Source: Candidatus Omnitrophota bacterium (lineage in GTDB: Bacteria > Omnitrophota > Gorgyraeia > Zapsychrales > Fredricksoniimonadaceae). From it: a stretch of DNA of 64,000 nt. The DNA is taken from NCBI GenBank assembly GCA_903944345.1, contig CAJARJ010000021.1, positions 5,528 through 69,527 of the forward strand, given 5' to 3'. The notes under the pieces were generated by a model. The model saw only the letters and a program-made list of their open reading frames with translations. It was not told the origin of the DNA and did not search any database. Positions 9,272-17,426 of this stretch are shown piece by piece; position 1 is the stretch's first letter, and every line of letters begins with the position of its first letter. The translations under genes were made by a program, and so were the position numbers.

Positions 9272-10660
9272 ATGCGAGTAAGAAGAAAAAAGTTCGCTAT
9301 TCTGCAACTTATTCCCAAGCATCAGAACATGCTGCCGAATCAGTTGGTCAGAGCACTGTCTTTACTCAAATATCATCAGGTCGAATATGCTGTTTATGAT
9401 CTGGAGGCTTCGCTGGAGGCCGAGGCGGGGCAGGCGGTCGCTTCTCTTTTTGCAAAGATCAGGGAAGACGAGGTTGTTGTTTCCCTGGCTTGTCATTACA
9501 ATTATCCCAAATTGACCAGCCTAGTGCTTTTGTTTATGTACCAAGGCCTGTTGAAGGGCAAGCAGATTCATGTGTGTTCGCCGTATCTGTCTTTTTATCC
9601 GGTCAAACAGATTTGTTGCGAGAATATGTTTTTTCATTTTGTCGAGATCGATGAGTTTCTGGTTTCGTATTCAGGGTGGCCTTTTGTAGCTGAGGGCCTG
9701 TTGCTCAAGCCAATGGCTGAAGTTCTACGTGATCAGAATTACACGAATCGTGAATTCTGGACGCATCTGACCTGGGGGTGTCGTTCCTCCTGTTCTTTTT
9801 GTCATAATTGGGCGACAGCCAAGGGCAGAGAGCGGCTTGTCTATTCTGGGTACGATGAGGTGCTTTCCTTGATGCAGACGGCTCGTGCGCTTGGTGCGCG
9901 CAAATTTCAGTTTGCCGATCCTGACTTTCTGGGGGATGCTGCCTATGTTGGAGGGTTTCTTGAAAAGCTGACGGAGGCGGGTGGGTTCTTGCCCTGGCGA
10001 GCCAAGGCAAGGTTAGACAGGATCAATGAGTCAATGTATGAAAAAATGCTTGCTGCGGGGTGTGATCGTATATTCTTTGGTGTGGAGCATGTATCTTCTC
10101 GAATGTTAGACAGGGTCAATAAAGGTGAGAATACTCCGCGGCTGCTTTTGGACTTTATAAAATATTGGGGAACACGCGTGCAGCTCGATGTTTCTTTTCT
10201 CACAGGAATACGTGAAGAGACGGTGTCCGAGTTAAGAGAAAATATTCGTTATATATCCAGAATAGACAAGATTCGCGGGATAGAGGCTTATTTGGGGTAT
10301 GTGATTCTGTATTCCGGGTCTGCACGCAAAGTGGCTTTTAGCGATTATCTGGTGGCCTTTCTGCTGGTTTGCAATATGTTGCCCGAGGAATGGGAAATTG
10401 GGCAGGACTTTCTCAGAAGATTGTTGCAACTCTGTCAGCAAGAGCCCTTTTTTGGCTTTTTTATTCTTACCGAGAATGACCATAGTTTAGCGTTGTTCCA
10501 AGAACTGCTCCGGCAGAATAAGGCGGATATTGCGCCGGATTTTCTTTCAGATTTCGCCAGATTGTGGACATCGGTGGATGGGCGGCTCGCGAAGATTGTT
10601 GCGGGATCAAAGACGACAGGGGAGGTTAACCAAAAGATAGATCAATGGCTACTGAAGTAA
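9272..10660 (+). CDS. Class B (B12-type)-like radical SAM protein
   Basis: TWGCRSSCSFC, FQFADPDF, ARLDRI, GCDRIFFGVEH, FLTGIREET. The N-terminal domain sits where a B12-binding domain would be but is divergent. Confidence 0.8.
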   Translation: MRVRRKKFAILQLIPKHQNMLPNQLVRALSLLKYHQVEYAVYDLEASLEAEAGQAVASLFAKIREDEVVVSLACHYNYPKLTSLVLLFMYQGLLKGKQIHVCSPYLSFYPVKQICCENMFFHFVEIDEFLVSYSGWPFVAEGLLLKPMAEVLRDQNYTNREFWTHLTWGCRSSCSFCHNWATAKGRERLVYSGYDEVLSLMQTARALGARKFQFADPDFLGDAAYVGGFLEKLTEAGGFLPWRAKARLDRINESMYEKMLAAGCDRIFFGVEHVSSRMLDRVNKGENTPRLLLDFIKYWGTRVQLDVSFLTGIREETVSELRENIRYISRIDKIRGIEAYLGYVILYSGSARKVAFSDYLVAFLLVCNMLPEEWEIGQDFLRRLLQLCQQEPFFGFFILTENDHSLALFQELLRQNKADIAPDFLSDFARLWTSVDGRLAKIVAGSKTTGEVNQKIDQWLLK

Positions 10661-12237
10661 AACAAAACAATAAAAGTGGTTTTAGGGTTTCTACAGACGG
10701 CCTCTTTCTGCTGATGCAGCTTTGCGTTGCTTTGGGTGGCGGGCTGATCCTTGCCTGGGCATTAGCTGCCTGGGGAATCGGGATCAATAGTGATTCTGAG
10801 GCGTATCATGTTATGTCCCGGTGTTTGTCGGAGAAAGAGGGAGCTTTTAATGCTGTACCGGATTGTAAAACGCTGTCCCTGCATTTTCCTCCATTGTATC
10901 CGTTGCTAATTTCATTGATGCGTGGCTGGACCGAGAGTTTTATGGAGCGTTCGGCGGGATTGAATGTTTTTCTTTATTCGGGAAGCATTTTTGTTTCCGG
11001 AAGCTTGTTTAAAAGGCTTACCGGCTTGCCGTTTATGGGGCCCGCCGGAGCCCTGCTTGTTGCTGTTGCCCCGGTGGTTGTCAAGGCGCATACGGAAGCC
11101 ATGACTGAGGCCGTGTTTATATTCCTTACGTTGGCCGGCTTGTTCTTCTTTTTATGTTATTTGGAAAGAACCAGTTATTGGCGGTTGCTGGCAGCAGGGG
11201 TTCTCACCGGGTTATCGTTATTGTGCCGTTTTGCCGGACTGACTACCATTTTGGCGATGATGGTGACGATAGTTCTTTTTAAATCGCAACAAAGAAAGCC
11301 AGCGATTTTTGATTCTGTATTTTTTGTGCTGATAGCGTTGATGCCTATGGGGGGGTGGTGGATCAGGAATTTTTTTGATTACGGATTGTCGCTGGATCGG
11401 ATTGTTGTTTTTCATCCGCCAGGATGGTCTGGGTGGAGTGAGGCGTCCGGGGTTTTTTGTATGTGGCTCATGAGTCCGGTTTTCTGTTCTTTTATAAAAG
11501 AGATTGTTTTGTTGCTGGGATTCGTTGTTTTTTTTCTATTCTGCTGGCGGATTGGTAAGGCGCTGGCACTCAGGAACACAAAAGATACGGAAATTTTTCT
11601 TTTTTGGTCTTTTATGGCGGTTATGGCGATCTTGTTTTACCTGATTGGACTGGTGTTGACGATTTCCTGGCTGGACGGGTATATGACTTTGTCGCGAAGG
11701 TATTTGTTGCCGGTTTATGTTTTTGCAATGATCCTTTTTCCGGCATGGTTGCTCAGAAGAACGATCTGTTGCCAGGCGTCAGGCTCCTTGAGAGTGTTTC
11801 TGGGAAAGGTCTTACTTGTCTATTGGGTGTTTTTCAATTGTTCGGTTTCTGTTACCTGGTTGTGGCAGCAGCACTCACGCGGGAGTGGTTATGCGAGCCG
11901 TAACTGGCGGCAATCACCAACGATGCAGGAGCTCTGCCGACTGTCGCGTGAACATGTGATTTTCACCAACCTCAAGGCAGCAGCAGTAATTCATTCGGGT
12001 GCCCGCATATTTGAGATTCCGTGGTTGTCAGATCCGATGAACAGCCGCATGAATGCTCATTACCAGCAAGAACTAGAACAAATGGTGCGGCAGATAAAGG
12101 CGGGTAACGGCCTGCTGGTCTATTTCGATCAAGCTCCGAGTGACTTGCCGATTGAGTCTGCGCAGGTTCTGACGGAACGGTTGTCTTTGCGCATGGTGGC
12201 AAAGTTTGCTGACGGGGCGGTTTATTTGCCGGAATAA
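10645..12237 (+). CDS. ArnT/PMT (GT39-like) membrane glycosyltransferase
   Basis: DS..Y first loop, HFPPLYP, MTEAVF, LCRFAG, WWIRN, RYLLP and multiple TM helices. Confidence 0.75.
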   Translation: MATEVKQNNKSGFRVSTDGLFLLMQLCVALGGGLILAWALAAWGIGINSDSEAYHVMSRCLSEKEGAFNAVPDCKTLSLHFPPLYPLLISLMRGWTESFMERSAGLNVFLYSGSIFVSGSLFKRLTGLPFMGPAGALLVAVAPVVVKAHTEAMTEAVFIFLTLAGLFFFLCYLERTSYWRLLAAGVLTGLSLLCRFAGLTTILAMMVTIVLFKSQQRKPAIFDSVFFVLIALMPMGGWWIRNFFDYGLSLDRIVVFHPPGWSGWSEASGVFCMWLMSPVFCSFIKEIVLLLGFVVFFLFCWRIGKALALRNTKDTEIFLFWSFMAVMAILFYLIGLVLTISWLDGYMTLSRRYLLPVYVFAMILFPAWLLRRTICCQASGSLRVFLGKVLLVYWVFFNCSVSVTWLWQQHSRGSGYASRNWRQSPTMQELCRLSREHVIFTNLKAAAVIHSGARIFEIPWLSDPMNSRMNAHYQQELEQMVRQIKAGNGLLVYFDQAPSDLPIESAQVLTERLSLRMVAKFADGAVYLPE

Positions 12238-12408
12238 AACCCGGCTAACTGGAGCATGAGAGGAATAGATATTCGTTATTGTCTGAAATGGTTATATTTA
12301 TAGCATTTCTTGCCTGGGAGCCAGCAAATGTATAGTATTCTTTCAGGAAAGGAGAATGGAAAGCCTTTTCTGTTTTGTCTCTGAGCAGCCAACATTGAGT
12401 GGTCTTGC

Positions 12409-12438
12409 TTGACAGCCTTTCTTGTTGAGTGTTAAACT
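12409..12438 (+). promoter_or_regulatory. Sigma70-like promoter of the first beta-helix gene / hxs operon
   Basis: TTGACA (12409-12414), 18 nt spacer, TGnTAAACT (12433-12438), then AGAGGGG RBS before ATG 12457. Confidence 0.6.
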
Positions 12439-12456
12439 TAATCAGAAAGAGGGGTT

Positions 12457-13005
12457 ATGCTCAAACTATTGATTTCCATTGTTTTGTATTTTTTCTCGTG
12501 CGCAGCGGCTTGGTCGGAGGAAATTATTCTGACCACCTTTTATCCGCCCCCTAGCGGGCAGTTTTTGAATCTGACTGTGTTGGGCACTTTGGGTGTAGTG
12601 AACATCAATATTACGGGAACACTGACTATCGCCACTTTAAATGTCACGGGGAATGCTTCAGTTGGTGGAACTTTGAATGCTCGCAATACAACGCTTGGCG
12701 CAACGCTGAACGTGACCGGGGCCACAACTCTTGCCAGCACCCTGAGTGCCGGAGCCACCTCGATTAATGGGACATTGAACGTGAGTGGGCTAACAACGCT
12801 GGGTGCTCTGAGTGCTGCAGCCACCACGGTTAACGGGACTTTGAATGTGACCGGGGCCACCGTAATTACTGGCGCGTTAAATGCTCGGGCGACGACAGTT
12901 AACGGGACTCTGAATGTGAGCGGGGCCATGACCAGTGGTGGGATGTCCGCAGGAGGTTTTACGACAGCGGGGACAACCCAATGCGGTTCTTTGAATCTGT
13001 ATTGA
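12457..13005 (+). CDS. Secreted LNVTG-repeat (beta-helix/fibre-like) protein 1
   Basis: Sec signal ending AWS, then LTTFYPPPSGQF, then 5-6-aa repeats (TLNVTG, ATTVNG). The mature part is almost uncharged. Confidence 0.75.
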   Translation: MLKLLISIVLYFFSCAAAWSEEIILTTFYPPPSGQFLNLTVLGTLGVVNINITGTLTIATLNVTGNASVGGTLNARNTTLGATLNVTGATTLASTLSAGATSINGTLNVSGLTTLGALSAAATTVNGTLNVTGATVITGALNARATTVNGTLNVSGAMTSGGMSAGGFTTAGTTQCGSLNLY

Positions 13006-13041
13006 AGGTTGATCTTTTGGGATCTTCTTTTCGGAAACGCC

Positions 13042-13070
13042 TTGCGTGTGTTTTATGCAAATGTTAAGCT
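13042..13070 (+). promoter_or_regulatory. Second sigma70-like promoter (copy of the 12409 promoter architecture)
   Basis: TTGCGT, 17 nt spacer, TGnTAAGCT, then AGAAAGGG RBS before ATG 13090. Confidence 0.45.
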
Positions 13071-13089
13071 TTGTATTAGAAAGGGTCGC

Positions 13090-13644
13090 ATGGCAAAAAT
13101 CTGGGGTTTACTGCTTTTTATAGTTCTCTCCGCTAGCAGAGCCTGGTCGGATAACCTGGTTTTGACTACATTTTATCCGGCTCCAAACGGGCAGTATTTC
13201 AATATGAATGTAACGGGCACTCTGTCGGCCAATAATCTGACAGTTACCGGAACATTGACCGCTGCCACATTGAATGTGACCGGAAACATGACCGTTGGTG
13301 GTGCATTGAGTGTTACCGGGGCCACAACAATCAACGGGACGTTAAACGTAACGGGGGTCACAACGCTGAATGTTTTGAATGCCCGTAATACAACAATTAA
13401 TGGGACGTTAAACGTAACGGGGGTCACAACCCTTAGCACTCTGATTGCGGCCGCCACAACAATCAACGGGACGCTGAACGTGACCGGGGCCGCAACGCTT
13501 GCCAGCACTCTAAGTGCCGGTGCGACAACGGTGAACGGTGGGCTGGGTGTTACCGGAAATTCGACAGTAGGCGGCACGGTAACTGCCACCGGGTTTACAA
13601 CAGGGGGAACCCTGACGACCAATCGGCTGATTATTTGTCCCTGA
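13090..13644 (+). CDS. Secreted LNVTG-repeat protein 2
   Basis: MAKIWGLLLFIVLSASRAWS signal, LTTFYPAPNGQY and the same repeats. Start moved from 13009 to ATG 13090. Confidence 0.75.
   Translation: MAKIWGLLLFIVLSASRAWSDNLVLTTFYPAPNGQYFNMNVTGTLSANNLTVTGTLTAATLNVTGNMTVGGALSVTGATTINGTLNVTGVTTLNVLNARNTTINGTLNVTGVTTLSTLIAAATTINGTLNVTGAATLASTLSAGATTVNGGLGVTGNSTVGGTVTATGFTTGGTLTTNRLIICP
13321..13520 (+). repeat. Imperfect 66-bp tandem coding repeat (about 3 units)
   Basis: acaacaat(c/t)aa(c/t)gggacg(t/c)t(a/g)aacgt(a/g)ac(g/c)gggg recurs with 66-bp period at ~13324, 13390 and 13456, encoding 22-aa TTINGTLNVTG units. Confidence 0.8.
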
Positions 13645-13668
13645 TTCCATCAAATGCGGGAGAACTTC

Positions 13669-14091
13669 ATGAAGAAATTATTGCAAACGGCGGGCTGGGT
13701 CAGGCTGCCGGTTCAAACAGCTGTTTATCCTGTGCAGACAATTTATTCTGCCGGGTATGTTTTTCTAGATCGGGCCTATTTCTATCTGGAACCGGATGGC
13801 AAGAATGCTGTGTCCGTATGGATGAGTCCAAAAAAGAAAACAGATGATCTGGAATTGCTGGCCAAGGAGTTTTATCAGGAATTGCTTAATTACGCGCACT
13901 ATTTTATCAGCCTTAAGTCTAATGGAGATCACGTCAGGCTTTTGTTGCAGAGAGCGCTTTTTTCTGCCGCGCCTTCATTGGTCAAGGAGGCTGAAGAGCG
14001 CGAAATTCAGCAACTGATCAAGGAACTGGAGCAGGAGGATTTGTCGGCTTCGAAGAAGAAACAGAGCAAGAAGCCACCCGCTTCGACTTAG
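13669..14091 (+). CDS. hxsD: His-Xaa-Ser system protein HxsD-like
   Basis: YSAGYVFLDRAYFYLE, EFYQELLNY and LLQRALFS patterns, and position immediately before hxsC/hxsB. Confidence 0.75.
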   Translation: MKKLLQTAGWVRLPVQTAVYPVQTIYSAGYVFLDRAYFYLEPDGKNAVSVWMSPKKKTDDLELLAKEFYQELLNYAHYFISLKSNGDHVRLLLQRALFSAAPSLVKEAEEREIQQLIKELEQEDLSASKKKQSKKPPAST

Positions 14092-14127
14092 AATTGTACT
14101 TGTAGCAAGCGGGAACGGGAGTTGATT

Positions 14128-15111
14128 ATGAGCGTTGCGATTGCCCCGGAGATGCAGAATCTTTTTAGCAGGCCGGCAGAAAAATTTGCCAAAAGAGTGG
14201 TTGTTTTTACAGGATTCAATTGTTCCAATAAATGCTGTTTTTGTGCGGTTGAGTCTAAGCGTCCGGCCGTAGATAAGACGACCGAAGAAGTTCTGCGGGA
14301 GATGGCGCGTGCTTACGAGCGGGGCGCCCGGCAACTGGTGCTTTCCGGAGGGGAATGCACTTTAAGAAAAGATATTGTTGATTTGGTGCGGGCCGCCCGT
14401 CAAAAAGGCTTTGTGGATGTGCATATTCAGAGCAATGGTCGAAGGTTTTCTGATATCGGGTTTTGCAAGGAAATGTTTGCGGCAGGCATGAGTTATCTAG
14501 GGACATCGATTCATGGCCCTAGCGGCGCGGTGCATGATGATTTGACCGCAAGGCCGGGCAGTCTGCGTGAAGTTGTTGAAGGCATTCATAATCTTAAAAG
14601 GCTTGCCCGGGGACGTATTGGCATTGCGATTAACTCGGTCATGGTCCGGCAGAATTTTGCTTTATTACCAGAGACAGCCAGTCTTTTAGTCAGATTACGG
14701 CCGGATTTGCTGCAGTTCGCGTTTGTGCATGCTTGCGGCTTTACAGAAGAGCGTTTCAGAAGATTTGTTCCCAGAAAGACGGACGTTGTTGCCTATGTCA
14801 AGCAGGGAGTAGATATAGCTGTTGGCGCAGGGATTCCGGTTATGGTGGAGGCAATTCCTTACTGTCTTTTGACCGGCTATGAGAAGCATTGTTCGGATCG
14901 GTTTATTCCCTCTACGGATGTGATTGAGCCGGGACGGGAAATTTTGAATTACGAGCAGGTTCGGCTTCGCAGCAGCAAACGCAAGTTTGCCCGTTGCCTG
15001 GACTGTCGTTTTGATGCGATTTGTGAAGGGCCGTGGCAGCAGTATCCTGAGCATTATGGAGATGAGGAATTCCAACCGGTAGAGGCAGAGTATGTCAACC
15101 AGAGAGCTTGA
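14128..15111 (+). CDS. hxsC: His-Xaa-Ser system radical SAM, HxsC-like
   Basis: CSNKCCFC, SGGECT, QSNGR, HDDLT..PGS, EAIPYCLL and C-terminal CxxCxxxxxCxG. Context also supports the call. Confidence 0.7.
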   Translation: MSVAIAPEMQNLFSRPAEKFAKRVVVFTGFNCSNKCCFCAVESKRPAVDKTTEEVLREMARAYERGARQLVLSGGECTLRKDIVDLVRAARQKGFVDVHIQSNGRRFSDIGFCKEMFAAGMSYLGTSIHGPSGAVHDDLTARPGSLREVVEGIHNLKRLARGRIGIAINSVMVRQNFALLPETASLLVRLRPDLLQFAFVHACGFTEERFRRFVPRKTDVVAYVKQGVDIAVGAGIPVMVEAIPYCLLTGYEKHCSDRFIPSTDVIEPGREILNYEQVRLRSSKRKFARCLDCRFDAICEGPWQQYPEHYGDEEFQPVEAEYVNQRA

Positions 15112-16501
15112 GTTTTTTGTTGTTCCCTACAACTCGAAGAAAATAGGCCAGCGGCATCTTGTGTCCAACAAGCTAGGCGGGTGGGCTTTTCTTGATCACA
15201 AGGACTTTGCGACGCTTTCTTCTCTGGATTGTCAGCCCGGCACGGAGCTTTTTGAGCGTTTGCGAAACGCCGGGGTGGTGGCGGATGTATCTAATATCGG
15301 GTCTTTGTTGAGCGGTTACCGCAAAATGAACCAGAATCTTTTTTCAGATACCAGTCTGCACATTGCAGTCGTGACGACTCGTTGCAATTTGGCCTGTCAA
15401 TATTGTCAGGCTCGGCCAGAGTCGGGCGAGGATATGTCCCCTGAGGTTGCCTCACGTGTCCTGAAATATCTTTTTGATGTCCGCAATCCTTCGGTCATGC
15501 TGGAATTTCAGGGCGGGGAGCCGCTAATGAATTGGCCGGTTGTTTCTCTTTTAACGGAGCATGCGCGCAAATTCAATACGTCCGGCAAGCAGTTGCAGAT
15601 TGCCATGGTCAGCAATTTCTTATTGTTGACCGAGGAGCAGATCAAGTTTCTTGTCGAGCACGAGGTTAATCTTTGTACGTCTCTGGATGGGCCGGAAGAT
15701 TTACATGATCAGAACCGGAAGGATTGGGCTGGCAAGGGGACTTACAAGGAATTAATGCGCAAAGTGGATCTTGTGCGCAAGAAATTCAACTGGCCGGTGC
15801 ACATGCTTCCGACGATTACCAGAGCTTCGCTCAAACACGCGCGCCGGATTATCGATGAGTATGTGCGTCAGGGGCAGCTGGAAATCTGCCTGCGTCCAGT
15901 GAATGATATGGGGGCGGCGCGTTGTTCCTGGAAGAGTCTGGGATATACGCCGGAAGAGTTTCTTGCTTTCTATCGGGAAGCCTGCGAATATATTTTTGAG
16001 TTGAATCGCAAGGGGATTGCCGTTCGGGAGCGAATGGCCAGAGTTCTTATGACCAAGGCTCTTTTTAAAGAAGATCCGCGCTATGTAGATGTGATGAATC
16101 CCTGTGGGGCCGGCAGAGTGGTTATGACGTATATGCCGGATGGTGGCTGCTTTCCTTGTGACGAAGCCCGGATGGTAGGCGGGGATCTTTTTAAACTGGG
16201 GAATATTTTAAAGGACGACTATAAAGATGTTATTTGTAGTGAGAACCTTTTGAATCTTTTGCAGTCTTCCTGTTCGGATCTTTGGCAAAGCGCTTCAGTT
16301 TACAGCCCTTGGACGGGATATTGTCCGGTCGTTAATTACGCGACTCAGCAGAATGTGATTGCAAAGTCAGCCTGTTCCCAGGCCCAGAGAATTTTGGAGG
16401 GGCAGTTTGATTATCTTTTCGAGAAACTGGAACAGGGTGGGGAAAACGAAATGTTTTTAAGGGAATGGGCGAAAGGAATGGCGCATGAAGAAAAAAAATA
16501 A
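15092..16501 (+). CDS. hxsB: His-Xaa-Ser system radical SAM/SPASM maturase HxsB
   Basis: N-terminal RRE-like region, TSLHIAVVTTRCNLACQYCQA, EFQGGEPL, TSLDGP, NPCGAG, FPCDEARM, YCPVVNY. Confidence 0.9.
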   Translation: MSTRELEFFVVPYNSKKIGQRHLVSNKLGGWAFLDHKDFATLSSLDCQPGTELFERLRNAGVVADVSNIGSLLSGYRKMNQNLFSDTSLHIAVVTTRCNLACQYCQARPESGEDMSPEVASRVLKYLFDVRNPSVMLEFQGGEPLMNWPVVSLLTEHARKFNTSGKQLQIAMVSNFLLLTEEQIKFLVEHEVNLCTSLDGPEDLHDQNRKDWAGKGTYKELMRKVDLVRKKFNWPVHMLPTITRASLKHARRIIDEYVRQGQLEICLRPVNDMGAARCSWKSLGYTPEEFLAFYREACEYIFELNRKGIAVRERMARVLMTKALFKEDPRYVDVMNPCGAGRVVMTYMPDGGCFPCDEARMVGGDLFKLGNILKDDYKDVICSENLLNLLQSSCSDLWQSASVYSPWTGYCPVVNYATQQNVIAKSACSQAQRILEGQFDYLFEKLEQGGENEMFLREWAKGMAHEEKK

Positions 16502-16916
16502 TCAGCAGCAAGCGCGCCCGAGAATTCCGCGTTCTCTGAGGCTATTTATCCGGGATGAAGAGGGGTTTGTCAGCAAAGAAACTATTTTGAATGTCGGATT
16601 GACGGCGATAGGTGTGGTCGGGCTGTTGGGAATTTCTTCTGATGTGGTCAATGCCGCGCACTCCAGTCACGCTTCACATTCCAGTTCCGGTGGCGAACAT
16701 GGCAGCACGACAATACCGGGGACAAGCTATGCCATGACCGCGCATATTAATGATGTTGTCTATCCCGCTACACCGGCCGGAGGATCCTGCATGGAGCTAA
16801 GTCCACCGACGCATTCCAATGTTGCGGCAACGCATTGCAACCGGGCGGCTGTGCATGGAAGCTCCATATCAACGCATACGAATGTTACGCCGCATGCAAA
16901 TCATGACTCGTATTAG
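16485..16916 (+). CDS. His-Xaa-Ser/Asn repeat precursor 1 (HxsA-like)
   Basis: AHSSHASHSS and 11 of 11 His residues in H-x-[S/N]. Lies directly after hxsB. Confidence 0.85.
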   Translation: MKKKNNQQQARPRIPRSLRLFIRDEEGFVSKETILNVGLTAIGVVGLLGISSDVVNAAHSSHASHSSSGGEHGSTTIPGTSYAMTAHINDVVYPATPAGGSCMELSPPTHSNVAATHCNRAAVHGSSISTHTNVTPHANHDSY

Positions 16917-16932
16917 CAAAGCGAGAGGATAT

Positions 16933-17355
16933 ATGAAAATAGACAAGACCAAAAGCAGGATTTTCAAGGCCCCGCGGACGCTAAAAGGATTTCTTGACGG
17001 AGAAGATGGCTATGTCAGCAAGGAAGCTATTTTGAATGTCGGATTGGCCACGATTGGCGTTTTGGGGGTGATGGGATCTTTTTCCGACCCGGCTTATGCC
17101 GCGCACAGCAATCATGGTTCGCATAGCAATGGAGCCGGGACTTTTCATGCCAATGCCTCGGCAGGGCATGTCAATACGGCTGTGGCGCATAGTAATCTGC
17201 AGCATTATGATGATTTCCCATCCGGTGGGTGCCGCGAGTTGCTGCCGGATCACAACAATATTGCTGCGGCGCATTGCAATGTTGGGGCCACGCATTCCAA
17301 CATTCCGGGCACACATGGCAACACCAGCGGGCACGCCAATCATTCCTCGTATTGA
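16933..17355 (+). CDS. His-Xaa-Ser/Asn repeat precursor 2
   Basis: AHSNHGSHSN...HANHSSY, paralogous leader, AGAGGA RBS before ATG 16933. The ORF-track start 16819 lies inside precursor 1. Confidence 0.85.
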   Translation: MKIDKTKSRIFKAPRTLKGFLDGEDGYVSKEAILNVGLATIGVLGVMGSFSDPAYAAHSNHGSHSNGAGTFHANASAGHVNTAVAHSNLQHYDDFPSGGCRELLPDHNNIAAAHCNVGATHSNIPGTHGNTSGHANHSSY

Positions 17356-17426
17356 CAAGGCGAGAGAGATTGGAGTTTTGGTCAATAAACAGGCGTATTT
17401 TTTGACCATCAGCCAAAGGTTCTCGG

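Noticed and set aside
13321-13520. 66-bp periodic repeat as a CRISPR array
   Set aside because: It is an in-frame coding repeat varying mainly at third codon positions, with no unique spacers and no cas genes.
12540-13622. Minus-strand Val/Pro-repeat ORFs
   Set aside because: Antisense of the repeat genes. The + frames have signal peptides, RBS and promoters.
12457-13644. Ice-nucleation or antifreeze protein call
   Set aside because: Thr-rich, but lacks the AGYGSTxT repeat or a regular TxT register.
16819-16932. ORF-track N-terminal extension of precursor 2
   Set aside because: It overlaps precursor 1 out of frame. The RBS and the paralogue alignment support ATG 16933.
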